64,000 bases of DNA from Octopus sinensis (lineage: Eukaryota): the NCBI RefSeq assembly GCF_006345805.1, contig NC_042997.1, positions 6,014,001 to 6,078,000 on the forward strand. Reading direction: 5' to 3'. The translations under genes and the position numbers were made by a program. The notes under the pieces were generated by a model, which saw only the letters and a program-made list of their open reading frames with translations, made no database searches and was not told the DNA's origin. This document shows, one piece after another, positions 25,707 through 39,480 of this stretch; the first letter of the stretch is position 1, and every line of letters starts with the position of its first letter.

Positions 25707-25857
25707 ATGCCTTCAGGTTTGCTCATAGAGACACAGTCAACGATTACTATATTCCTGCCCCATAAATTTAATATGCTTCAAATATGTGCATCTAAATTTA
25801 TTGGGGCAGGAGTATAGTAATCGTTGGCTGTGTCTCTATGAGCAAAGCTGAAGGCAT
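25707..25857. repeat. 151-bp fold-back hairpin (64/65-bp arms, 22-nt loop)
   Basis: atgccttcaggtttgctcatagagacacagtcaacgattactatattcctgccccataaattta pairs with its reverse complement; 1 G.G mismatch, 2 T.G pairs, 1 bulge. Confidence 0.95.
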
Positions 25858-27811
25858 TTAGTAAGGCTGTCCAGAAAAGACACTAGTTAAAAGTTCTCAT
25901 ATTGTAAACTGATTTTTTAAATTACAAAATTTATGAAAAGGGATTTTTCATAAATCAAATTTATATTAATGGGATGTAGGTAATTTTAACTTGCGTATAT
26001 CTGATATGCTTTTATAATTACTGCTGCATTGAATAACTATAGATACATCTAGATTAGTAGCCGTTAGTGCTATTATCACCAACTCAAAATCTAGGTTATT
26101 TAAGGGGAGCCTGGTAACTAATACATTTGGGGTCTTGTTGGTTGTAACTTTTGGTGCAACCAACAAGTTGGTAAATTTCCTTGCCTTTAATTTGGTGTAA
26201 GTTGGCGATATCAGATAATTCAATCACAACATATATTGAAATTAAATGTGAAAACAATTGAAATATTATCATCACTTACATGGAATAATTGAAATATTAT
26301 ATTTCAGTATTTTATAAGTTAAAATCTGAAATTATTGATTGACATATAATAACAATGCCTGGAAAAATCATGGATTACATGAAAAATGCGAGCAGGAAAA
26401 GTAATAGCCTTAAGATGATAAACCTGGAAAAGTACAGCACAAGTTATTACACCTGGAAAAGTATAGGAAAATCTATTACTTCAAGTAAAGTAAAGAATAA
26501 GAAACTGTGTGTTTAAATATGGCAACTAAAATTAAAATTTGAATAATAAAAAATTATTTTATCATAGTTTACAAATGAAACTATGCTTATTTCAGTAGAA
26601 TTTGGCTAATTTACTAGCTTAAATACAGAAAAAGTGACTAATTAACTAATTAGACTAACTTGCAAATTACCTGAACAGTTTTGTCCAAAAAATCTAAAAG
26701 CTGAGAACTGTAAAGAGTGATAAATTAGAAGAACTGGCATTCTTTGCTGTAATATTTAAAGTAAAAAGTTTCTTATTCTTTACTTTAGTAGAAGTAATAG
26801 ACTGTCCCATACGTTCTGTTTGTAATAACTTGTTCTTCACATTTCCAGGTTTAATACCTTAAGAATATTACTTTTCCTGCTCACATTTTTCCATGTAATA
26901 CATAAATCTATGTAGTATAAAACGGAAGAGGCATTCGAAAATAGAAGAATATTCATTCACTGTTACACACACGCATTCTGTCTGTCTGTCTGTCTGTCTG
27001 CCTGTCTGTCTCTCTCTCTTTCTCTCTCTCACACACACACAAACATACGTACACACACACTGATACAGTGGCATTTTGTTTCGATTGTGAACTGTTAGTA
27101 ACGCTGTGATAATGTTGCTTAAAATGCACTTCAAGATTTAAGAAAGATTTCTTTCCTTTTATTTAAACGATTTCACTATTTCATGTTTTCTAACGAAATG
27201 GGATGCTGTGAGATAAAGCTACGCCGTAATTGAGAAACTTCTACTCTCGCGAAAAGACGTGTAAGGGAATTTACCCACGCTTAAACACGCACAAGCATAC
27301 GCAAACCCACCCCGCACACATACACATACATATACGCACACACAACATGCGCGCGCACACACACACATACACACTACAGTACATGCCTCATTTTCATTTC
27401 GATTTTGAGCGAACAAAGCATCCACATATAAATTTCAGGCATTAGCGTGAAATGCGTTCACTATAGGTTTACTTCCGTTTTGGATTGTCAGAGAACAAGA
27501 CCCAACTATTAAGCCACGTCAGAAATAAATCGTTTAACGAATGTAAATACTATGTTTAAATACGTTTCACTAACTAATGTGCGTTTGTATGTACAACTCT
27601 CTCTACCTCTCTGTGCGGTATATACACTCACACATACGCAAACACACAAAAGACACACTCACATGCAAACACATACAAACACATTCAAGCACGCGCACAC
27701 ACACACACAAGCAAACACACATGCAAACACGCACGCACACATACAGTGGTGAAGGAATAGGGATTTGGTGTCAAGGTGGGTGTATTTTTAGCAGACTGAT
27801 GTAATCCAGAT

Positions 27812-27932
27812 ATGGCTAACCACATTATAGAATACAAGAGAACGTACAGAACCGTTTACAATAAACAATTAAACGGTGCCTCACTCGATAGGTATCGAAG
27901 TACCCTTCGTTCGATTTCGTGTAGCATAAAAG
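27812..27932 (+). CDS. Candidate isolated coding exon (MANHIIEYKRTYRTVYNKQLNGASLDRYRSTLRSISCSIK, phase 1 donor)
   Basis: ATG at 27812, 40 open codons in non-repetitive sequence, strong AAG|GTATGT donor at 27932/33, upstream ttttagcag acceptor. No recognisable homology. Confidence 0.2.
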
Positions 27933-28351
27933 GTATGTAATTAAAGTATTTTAAAGAATAATGGAGAATTATGCATCTTTGAAATTTATTTACATAAGAA
28001 TTATTCTCATCAAATTCCATTTCGACCAGACCAGAATTACGGCTGGATGACTGGCCTACTATCCTTCGGTGAGACATGTATGTGCCTATCTGCCAACGAC
28101 GGTAGATATTCCTAAGCAGCTAAGTACAAGGTTTTACCCGAACGGGTAGGTGAAGCGAAATCGTGATTACACACACAAACACACACGCACATAAACAAAC
28201 AAACACAAAGGCATCGTAATACAAATAAACAGACAAAACTGTTAGATATACAGTCAAATATACAAAATGTGCATGCATGTATACATGTAAACAAAGACAT
28301 GGCAAAGACTGAAGTTTTCGGTAGCTGCTATGTGTATGTGTGTGTGTGCGC

Positions 28352-29324
28352 GCGCTCTTCTAAAATAAAATGAGACCACAAAGCCCAGGCTCCGTGGAAT
28401 TTTCAGGACTTTTATAAAGAGAAAGTTAGCCTTACAACTGTTTCTGGTATATTAGGGATATCCCTTCATCCGAGACGGTGTGTGATGGATAAATAGAGGG
28501 AAATATTCGGAGATATTTTTTAAAGGAAGCAAATAAGAGATATATAGGGAAATAGGAGAATGAATGTAGAAATAAAGTGTATAAAATGATATAGTTGCAG
28601 TTCTTTCATCCACGTAAATTTGTATGTAGAAGTGTTAGAAATGCTTCTTGTAAATGCTTATGTAAATTCCAATAGGAGTTCATATTTTTTGGAAAGCGTA
28701 GAGATGTAGATTCTATGTGCTATTCATTCAAAGTGGTCTTGTAGTTTGAACGAAAATTTGAGAATGAATTTCTAGTATAAAGTGGATAGAGAGGGGAGAA
28801 GAGATGTGTATGGTAAAATGAAGAGAAAGGTCAAATAAAAAGTGAGAAAATAAGGAAAGAAAAACGAAGAGAAAATGAAAACAAGAAGAGAAAGTGAAAA
28901 AGTTTAAGAAAGTGAAAAACGGAGTGTTAGTTGGTGGTCAAGATATTATGATGGGGAATGGGAGAGGAAATGGAGATAGGTAAGAAATAGATAAGAATGT
29001 AAATAATGAATAGGTGTGTGAGGTGGGATGATATGTTAGAATAGCATTAAGAGATGGGTACAGACAGAGGGATAGCAGGGAATTTCTTAATTGGGTAGTA
29101 AACCACAAATTGGAAGGGAAGAATAGTGAGAATAGTCAAGTTTCTATAAATAGACATATGTGTGTGTGAATGCATTATTATATAGGTCTACGAACTTGTG
29201 CAGTTAAACCCGTACGTATGCATAAATTTATACACACACATACATATACACACATACGCATGCGTGCCTACACATGCATATACAAACATGCATATACATG
29301 TTCGCACACACATACACACCCACA

Positions 29325-29362
<38 letters not shown>

Positions 29363-29700
29363 CTCCTAGTGTAATTTACATACCATGGACAGGAAGAATT
29401 TCTACAACTTATGTATAGCACTTCCTTGGATAATGGAATTGCAACTATAACATTTTTATGCACTTCTATTTTTATTTCTACATTCATTCTCCTATTTCCC
29501 TATTTACTCCTTATTTGCTTCCTTTTCCAAAATAACTCCTCATATTGAACTCTAATATGTCCCTCTATTTAACCATCACACATCGTCTCTGTTGAAGGGA
29601 TATCCGTAATATCCCAGAAAAAACTGTAAGACTGACCTTCTCTGTATAAATATCCGAAAATTCTAATGTCTTGGCTTTGTGGTCTAATTTTATTTAATAT
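28352..29700. mobile_element. PLE-type head-to-head inverted repeat (arms about 28352-28685 and 29360-29700, about 80% identity)
   Basis: taaaat.agaccacaaagcc...cttaca..tgtttctgg.atatt..ggatatcccttca...gagacg.tgtgtgatgg is present in both orientations; each arm carries an HHR remnant. Confidence 0.8.
29585..29632 (+). ncRNA. Degenerate hammerhead (mirror copy at 28429-28476, minus strand)
   Basis: GTCT-CTGTTGA-A-GGGATAT-ccgta-ATATCCC-A-GAAAA-AACT-GTA-AGAC. The mirror copy reads CGGATGA-A-GGGATAT...A-GAAAC-AGTT-GTA. The two-copy consensus restores CTGATGA and GAAAC. Confidence 0.68.
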
Positions 29701-29846
29701 ATACATGGTCATACAAGACTCGCAGTATACTTCTCACTAGTATCATTATCGATCCGACAGTGTAACTACTGCCATTCCATTATGATTACATAGCGTTACC
29801 TGCCACCTTGGATCTTCTGGATACCAATACCCTTCTCTCTCTCTCA

Positions 29847-29882
<36 letters not shown>

Positions 29883-29887
29883 AGCAC

Positions 29888-29918
<31 letters not shown>

Positions 29919-30164
29919 CATTATATATATATGAACGTGTCGTGGTTATTTTTAAAGTTCTGACAATGGACAATGTCTTCTGTAAGGGAGCAAAAACCAG
30001 CAGACAGAAATAAAGAGAAATATCGACGCCGCTACAGAACTGCCATTAGTTATTTATCGATCCAAGAAGGATGAAAGATAAATATTACCAGGTGGTATTT
30101 GAACTAACAACAGCCGAAACGATTACCTAAATGGAACCTAACCAAATCACGGATGATTCTGTCA

Positions 30165-30208
<44 letters not shown>

Positions 30209-31313
30209 AATATAAATTTTCATAAATGTATTTTGACAATGTTAATGCGTAAAAGCTCGTGTGAAATTGGAAAGGATACTCATAAGATGATGAAGCAATA
30301 ACGCTTCTTCTCTCTTTATAAAAAAAATGTGATCTTCATTAGAATTTCGGAATTTTCCAATAGTTTCTGTCAGATAGATTTTAGACGGACACACTTAAAT
30401 AAAAGCATTTCAAGCTTAATATAACTCGCATGCACAGCATACGTTAATAATATGCTTTTTCTTGTTTTACATTTGCTAATGTATCTTTTACTCAAAGAAA
30501 GATATGATCGTATTCAGTATTTCAGCAGCAATATTTTGAAGAGCATTTTGCATATCACATAGTTGTGTCTTTAATCAGAAACTGGTACGTTATGGTGAGC
30601 AAATGGTCGATTTATACATATCTAGCGTAAGTTGAAAGGAGATTAACAAGTTTATTGTAGTAACTGTTTTATTGCAGCCCTTGGCACCAAAATACTCTTA
30701 TATACAAAACAACGCAATTGAATAAGGGATTCAGAAGTGAGATATGAAATTGATTACGCTATCAAAACTGCAAAAACAAACGAAAACATTTTCTACAGAC
30801 AAGAACATAAAAATATATCACCCGCTAATACACTCAGCCTCATTTTTCAGCAATGCACAAATATGTTTTATTTGATAAGATAATCACTAGAGAGCAAGCA
30901 AATGTAACATCACATGAGCTTGTTAGAAACAGACGCTAAATTATATTAGTTAGATAAAGACTACGACATATGCCAGATACATACAGCCGCTTCCTGAACA
31001 TAGAACCTTTTTGTTTATGTTTCCTAATGTAGAGTCTCCAGCACGATAAATTTGCGAAGAACAAAACTCAATTACAAGCTTCATTTTATTGTAATACATC
31101 CCTACTATCATCTGTTAAAAAGCACAGGAACGTCTAAGTTTTAGCAACATTTACACGCATATATAAAGAAAATATACGTTATATATATATATAATATATA
31201 TATATATATCTACGCACGTACATACAGGCCTACACAGATATATATGTATATATAATATAGAAATATATACTTATATGTGTATATTGTATGCTTACGTTGT
31301 TATATACATGTAA

Positions 31314-31355
<42 letters not shown>

Positions 31356-31682
31356 ATATTATATGTGTGTGTATGTATATCCACGCATGTGTCTAGGCAT
31401 GCATCTGCACATATTAATTTCTACAAACTTAATTTTATTCATCTATTATCTGATTCCCCGAGATGAAATTATGCAACGAAGAGGAAACTCGCATATTTAG
31501 CAACAACATTTTGACACGTGATAGAGAACATTTGCAACATCAAATAAGGAGAGATTTAGAATATTAAATTTTAGGAATGTTTCACCAAATTTATTACACA
31601 GTTCACCTAATTATATGATCATAAATATATATGTATGTGTGCATGTATATACACATACATAACTTCATATGTACATATGTAT

Positions 31683-31728
<46 letters not shown>

Positions 31729-32168
31729 CTTATAATATAATCCATCATATATATACATATATATATATATATTTAAAATTCAATGATTTTTATGGTTTTT
31801 CATAAATATAAGTAACTTCACACTAAATTGAGGGTTTACTCAAGTACATATCTATTAATCTTTTACCGGAAAAAGGTTGACATTGACTTGGAAGATCCAC
31901 TTTTCTTTTTTGCATTTACAACACAGAGCTTTAATTGAGTTTAAGCTGTATGAAGGGTAACTAGATTACTTATTATTAGATGTGATGTAGGTTAAGAGGG
32001 GAATTACTTGCGAAAGATGTGGAAGTGGAGAAGGTAGTAGGAAAGTGAGTGTTTGTTGGGTATGCCGTGATAGGTCAAAATGAGGAGAATTATTTTGGCT
32101 TCCTTTGATAATTTTATAATTTTTTAGATTATAGTCGTATTTGGAAATTATGTTGTAATCAGACGTGC

Positions 32169-32722
<554 letters not shown>

Positions 32723-33787
32723 CAGACAAATGATTGGAAACTAAAACTGTATCAGTTTTCGTTTTTAATCAGATTTCTCTTATATTTCAATGTCTTTTTA
32801 CATTCCTATCCTTCTATATGTGCCATTATTTTCTTTTACGTTCATATATTATGTTAAATATCTAGCGTAAAATGATATATACCTACATTGTTGTTGCTTA
32901 TAAGATTACCATAATATTTACAATTCTCATTTCACTTACTCTACTCCGTAGCTTAATAATACATACACATATATTGTATAGTTAAATGCAAGAATATACT
33001 TTATTCAATATAACTATTTTTTTATTCTTAATATCTAGTACAGTAATGTTTTCTTCAATTTCCCAGACATTCGAATAAACAATGTGCTTGAAAAAAAATT
33101 GCAATCGTTATTTATGTTCTTACGCCATTTGCTAGTTAAATCAAACTCTTTTTGAATGAATTTAAAATACTACGCATTACCCTATGTTCCCTAATTATGC
33201 TGACTCATAATTTCCCCATCTTTATTGATATCGGAACGGTTAAAATGTCTCCCACTATTTCATATATTTCTCTTTTATAAGACATTAGATTGTTATATGT
33301 GGTGATACTTTTACTGGACTAAATGCACTGACGAGGTGTGAAGTTAATTTTTGGGTTAATTCACGAATTTTATATTATTATTTAGTGATTGACATTTCAA
33401 CAAGGAATTGAACAGAAGATGACTGGACAATAGAAATACAAAAACAAAGCAACATTTTGGAGTATTTAGCATTTTTCTGTAGTCATAAAATTGATAATTG
33501 TGAAAAGTATAATTCACATGAAAAACAAAAATAATATGAATAAATTATCAACTTAGCAATTATTTTAATAAACAATACTGAATATTTATGCGATATCAAT
33601 GTCTAAATAGGAAGTCATACCTTAATTAACACAAGAGTATCTCTAAGTTGTCTGAAAGAATTGTAATTAATTGGCAAGTATGGAATGAATATCAAGATGA
33701 AATACTCAAAAATTAATTATATTCTATTTAAAATCTCTAAATTATTATGTGTCTTCAATAATCAATCCTGTATCATTAATATGCTAT

Positions 33788-33898
33788 ATGATGATGATGA
33801 TGATGATTATAATGATAATAATAATAACAATAATAACAACAACAACAATAATAATAATAATAATAATAATAACAACAATAATAATAATAACATTAATG

Positions 33899-33959
<61 letters not shown>

Positions 33960-33960
33960 G
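33788..33960. repeat. (GAT)n/(AAT)n/(AAC)n trinucleotide tract
   Basis: Direct; source of poly-N, poly-I and poly-L ORFs. Confidence 0.95.
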
Positions 33961-34299
33961 AGCAAAAACATCAATAATAAGAGCAAAAACAATAATAATA
34001 GATGATTTCGGTGATGATAATGATGATATTTATTCTTTTGAATTTCAGGAGAGGAAAGACATTAATTTTAAGGGAAAGAGGTAGTCGATTTAATCGACTC
34101 CACTACTTATCGACCCTGGCAAGTTAAGAATTTTAGCAGCATGTCTTCTTAATGATTATTAAAATTGCAATAAATAGTTGTCTTAATAACCATGGGATCC
34201 CTCACATACTATACTAATCATCTCATATAAAAAAAGTTACAAAAGATGGTGGTGTTCGTATATATTATAACTGCAACAGGACAGAAACTTTAATCAAGA

Positions 34300-34500
34300 T
34301 CTTTTATCTTTTACTTGACGGGTTTTAGTCGAATGAATCGACACCGGGTTTTCTTCTTTTAAGCAAAGTATTTTTTCTATCATGCGGGGACGTCAAAACA
34401 TGAACAGTGGTTGTCAAGCATGGTGGGGCACAAACAGAGACACAAAGAAACATGTTCGCGGACACACGCACACATGCACACACACACACACACACACACA
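34300..34500 (-). mobile_element. Decayed OR-type SINE fragment
   Basis: ttttagtcgaatgaatcgacacc, gcggggacgt.aaac, ggttgtcaagc.tggtgggg.acaaaca motifs. Confidence 0.6.
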
Positions 34501-34879
34501 AACAAACACTCGCTCAAAAACATGAATTTATGAGATTTTGGATGGGCAGTTTCTAATGTTTACTAGATTCGCCAACCAGTTGCCTCATGGTTGTCTCCAA
34601 GTATCAGGAATTCTATAATATTTCATCGATTATCATATATATATATAAATATTATGTCGGGTCAATTTCGAGTGCTACTGGTAACATGTAACCTAGTACA
34701 ACCTGTTGCATGGTCGGGTCTTCTTTTCGGATTATGGCTGCTGTTGCTTAGTGAGTGGGATTGACTCAGTGCACAGCTTTTCCTCACTTTTAAAAAAATC
34801 TTCGTGCGTTGGCATTGCACGATAACAACTTTGATTAAGCTTCGTGCAATGGCCATACTCGATAACGAGGGGGAAACCA

Positions 34880-34938
<59 letters not shown>

Positions 34939-34959
34939 ATATGTATATAAATATCTGAG

Positions 34960-35275
34960 ACCGCCTTCGGTTATGACACTGACCATGGGATTGCACCTAG
35001 AAAGTTACCCTGCCAGGCACAAGTCCATGCAAAGTTGTCTATGGAAAACCACCAGTCTCCCACGCATACCAGCCTCCCCTCTCCACGCCGCTAATGTTAT
35101 CCAAGGGACAGGCAAAAGCCGATACAGCTTGACGTCACAACTAATTTCTGCAGCTGAGTGATCTGGGGCAAAGTGAAATAAAGTGTCTTGCTCAAGAACA
35201 CAACACGCAGCCCGGTCCGGGATTCGAGCTCACAACCTCACGATCGGAAGCTCGACGCTCTAACCACTGAGCCAC
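34960..35275 (-). mobile_element. tRNA-derived SINE with CORE-like domain
   Basis: Minus strand gtggctcagtggttagagc (A-box), gagctcgaatccc (B-box), tgtgttcttgagcaagacactt (CORE-like). Confidence 0.82.
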
Positions 35276-35859
35276 ATATATATTTATTGGTGGGTGTATG
35301 CATGTATATGTGTGTGTGTGCGTGCATGTGTGTGAGCAAATGTCTGCGTGTGTGTGCGCGAGTATGTGTATGACGGGTTGCGCTATTCAGCGTACTTAGC
35401 ATACGGGATGACAATGCTCCTATACTTATATATAAATGTAAATAGTCGAGCAGAGCATATTTATATAAACATAAGGGACAAAGCCTTTGGCGTGACTTCG
35501 CACGCAACTTAGATGACCATAATACACTCGCCACTTAACCACCCTAAGCCAATCAAAATGTGGAATAACTGAAAGTAATCTGAGACATATTCTGCCAATA
35601 AAATTTAGGCTTTAGCGGTACAGTTAACTACGCCACTCCCGTTCCACAAAACTGGCACATTTCTATATCATGAAAATACGAGACCGTTTAATTGTATTAG
35701 ATTTAATTTAAATACGTGCACATATATACTAAGTATACATGTAATTTTTTTTTTCCTGTTATATATATATATGTGTGTGTGTGTATGTGTGTCCATATGG
35801 TGGTACAAGAAAGAATATACACCTTGTCCAGTACTAGTTTTGACCACCACTTCCAAGTT

Positions 35860-36680
35860 TATCTCATGGGAACCTAGAAAACACGTTTAGGTAGCTGCTT
35901 TATATTTTGGAACGAAAGTAAGGAGAACCTTACAAAATGTCAAATTTATAAACAGCATTCATGCTTGAATTCAGTTCTCTATGGAAACGACTGAAAAGGA
36001 ACATCCCTTTCTGGATATTCTGATAATGAAAGAAAATGAGACAATTATAACTGACCTCTTCCATAAGAACACAGACACACACAAATATTTTTAGATTTTC
36101 GATCCCTTCCTATATAAATTGAAACATATTAATTAATATGGCAAGGCGCATAGGGGTAATAGTCTTATACCGTTAAATGAGAGAAACGACTGGCAGAACT
36201 TAATATATACTTTTAGAAACAAAAATATCCCAAGCAGTTAATTCAACAGGCCATAACAAAAGCAAAGAAAATCCCGATCTCTTACGGAGATACACTCAGG
36301 CTAGGGGTAAAAACAAAAATAAAAATATTCCATATGTAGTCCCCCACAATCCTAAAAAACACAACATCCGTTACTCAGACAAATTATAACTCCCAATTCT
36401 ACATCAATCATCAATCTCCAACGAATACATAAAAAAACACAAATTATCAACAGTCGAAGATATACACAAAATTTCAGAGACTTCTAACATGGGCGAAATT
36501 CACGTTTGAAAAAGAAACGATGGAAGTAACCACCTGTGGAGACCTTGTTGTGGGACATGTAAATTAACTGAGCAAGGGAGAACAAAAAAATTCAAGAATG
36601 GGAAGGAAAGGCAAACATGAAGTGCAAAACAAAAAATCGCATCAACTGCATCACAATGCAATGCAAATTATAGGGTGCAA
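35860..36680 (+). mobile_element. Decayed Penelope-like element ORF: RT C-terminus, Cys linker, start of GIY-YIG
   Basis: CFIFWNESKENL, FINSIH..IQFSMETTEKEHPFLDILIMKENETIITDLFHKNTDTHKY, YPKQLIQQAITKAKKIP, RLLT.AKF, CGRPCCGTCK, then a frameshifted IYCITC..C...YIG-like segment. Confidence 0.88.
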
Positions 36681-36704
36681 ACGCATACACACACACACAA
36701 ATAT

Positions 36705-36774
<70 letters not shown>

Positions 36775-36827
36775 TAAATATACATATATATATATATATA
36801 AATTTTATATATATATCGATATAGATA

Positions 36828-37215
36828 TATTGGGTCATCCCATAAATATTGCGGTTATTTATACTTCATTTATTTTTCAAAATTAAAGTAAACAATATTA
36901 TTTTTCAATCTAAATTATACTCTCCTTCATTTACTACAATGCCCATCAACCTTATAGGTTTGCAAGACCGCTATTCCAAAATACACTTGTCCCTGACGAA
37001 AAATGCCCCTCCAATACTCTTCTGATCTCGTCTGTCGAATGCATATACTTTTCGTCCAAATGGTTTTGATGTCTGCGGAATAAATGATAACTAGATGGAG
37101 CAATGCCCAGCAAATATGGCGATTGGGGCATCGTTTCCCATTCAAACTGCTCCAGTCTTTGGAATGTCATCCTCCCTGGATGTGGCCGAGCATTATCCTG
37201 ATTGAAGAACACCTT
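36828..37215 (-). mobile_element. Mariner transposase C-terminal fragment with 3' TIR
   Basis: ORF 36952-37212 QDNARPH...FEWETMPQSPYLLGIAPSSYHLFR (cf. HDNARPH, HPPYSPDLAPSDYHLF). TIR-like tattgggtcatcccataaat at 36828 next to TA. Confidence 0.9.
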
Positions 37216-37229
37216 TCGTCTTCAAAAAC

Positions 37230-39480
37230 ACAAAAGGAGAAAGAAGAGAACACAACAGAGATAACACTGTAAATAAAAGGCTAAACCAATGTAAAATCAT
37301 TACACAGCTACCCAACCCAGAAATAAATAGAGCAGCACATCAATCAACAACATACATAGATAGGCAAATATTGAAGCACAAATCAGCAACAAACAAAATA
37401 ACACACATCGCGATAGACCAGCCATAACCGAGGACGGAGACGAATCGTCGAAAGAAATAGCAAAAATAGAATTCAATATATTACAGTCGATAAATATGGT
37501 TCAGCTACAGAAAAAGAAACTCCTTTATGAAATGATAAAAAGATTCAAAAGAGCCTTACAAGTGATAATGACCATATTAAAAGATGCATTATATGTCAAC
37601 AAACCAAATGTCTTCATCTACTCAACAGCTGTAGTGATATCCAGGGAAACTGTGTTTGACCGTTTCAAAGAGGAAATATCTCAACTAAATATCAAACCCC
37701 TAAATAAAAGCAGATCATATTAAATCAAATTCAATACAGAAGAAAGACTATTCAATACTTTATGAATTAGAGAAAACGCGATGAGATGTGAAAATAAAAT
37801 AAAAAGCCAGTATAACAAAACAATACAACACGATTAATAAAAAAGAAACCTTGGGCGTAAAAGAAGAAATGAATCAGGGTATAGCAGCGAAAAACTTGCC
37901 GCATAGAACGGTATGAAAAACGAGAGCGCTTCTTCCAACAAAATAGATAATTCAAAATAAACGCAAAATGTTTTTATAAAAAATTAGACATAAAAACTGT
38001 ATCAGTAAATGCCATGCCAATAGCATCAGTGATTCAATCATACTGGGAAGCAATATCATGGAAACCAAAACAAAAAGAAAAGAAAGAAAATTGTTCAGTG
38101 CATTAGTAGGGAAAAGGAAAGGAAGAACATAATAGAGCACCAGATGCGACAAAACCAACACACACAAAATGATCATGGACACACTGAGGAGTACCAACAA
38201 ATGGAAAACTGCAGTGATAGACAAACTCCCCAATTTCTGGTTGAAACACCTCACCAGCACCCATAACTACTTAGTGGCAACGTTCAACTTAGTGATAAGT
38301 GAGCTAGAATCAACACCAAAGTGGATGCCTGACGGGCAATCCACCGTAATTCCCAAACAACAAAGACACCGCACACCCACAAAATGACAGACGAAAAACA
38401 TGCCTATCAACATCCTACAAAACTCTAACATCAGTCATCTATAACCGGCTTATAAATCACCTGGGAAATAATAATGTCTTACCAAAGGAACAAAATGGTT
38501 GTTGGAGACGGATGTACGGCTGTAAAGAGCAACTTCTGGTAAACCGAGCAATTATAAGGAACTTGGATTGATTAGCAGAAATCATTCGACAGTTTTCCAC
38601 ACTCATAGATACTGGAATCTCTCGGCATAATGTAGCCTCACAACTATTAAAATATATTAAACATGAAATGGCAAACTAGAAAATCAGTATAGCATTAAAA
38701 AATAACCCTTTAAATAATTAAAACGTACGTTATACCAATAAAAAAAAGGATTTTATAGGGAGACTTACTGTCACGCTTGATTTCTGGGTTTCTCTGACCC
38801 TGATAATAAACTTGTTTAACGAAGCCAGCACGGATTATAGGTGCTATAGACAAAAATTAAACCATCTTCTGTATATAAATTACCTAAAACTTTTCACTAA
38901 AATAACCATGGACTAGAGAAGCCTTACCAAAATTGTTCAGAATTTCAGATATTACATCGATTATAGCATGGCTCTGGACAAATGTGCCGAGGTCACACTA
39001 AAAAGAGGAAACTTATTCAGCACTGAAAGCACTGCATTTGACATAAACACAGAAATTAGACAATTGACAACTGCTCATATAAATATCTAAGAGTAGAAGA
39101 AACAGCTAAAATAAAACACACAGAAATGAAAGAGATAATGAGGAGAGAGTGTTACAGAATAGTTAGACTAATATTAAACACTGAACTTAATGCTAAAAAA
39201 ATAAGATAATACGGATAAACCCGCTAGCCATACCAGTCACAAATTACAGCTTTAGCATAAAAAAACGAAGATCAGTGAATTGAGAAACTGAGATAGAAAA
39301 ACCAGAAAGCTACTAACAGAGTACCTATGTCACCATCCCAAACCAGACGGGCAGAAGGACGCTGTGGACTGATATAGATAGAAAACTATTATAAAATATC
39401 GATATGACTACCAAAATACTTTGAAATAAAGAGTGGAAGGCTAATGGATGGAGGAGGAGAACGTAAAAGCTGCAGTTTAA
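37230..39480 (+). mobile_element. Decayed R4/Dong-type (RLE) non-LTR retrotransposon, N-terminal and RT region
   Basis: DKLPNFWLKHLTSTH, PKWMPDGQSTVIPK, EQNGCWRRMYGCKEQLLVN, WID.QKSFDS.PH, LNHLLYI..LKLF, LDKCA, YKYL.VEE, ELNAKNKI, HPKPD, GRCGL. Multiple stops and frameshifts. Confidence 0.9.

Noticed and set aside
25860-26850. AT-rich stretch with hydrophobic short frames, considered as a NUMT
   Set aside because: No recognisable mitochondrial protein, rRNA or tRNA motif.
33325-33385. CTGACGA-G-GTGAA...TTCAC-GAAT partial hammerhead
   Set aside because: GAAA and helix III are not intact, and there is no helix I.
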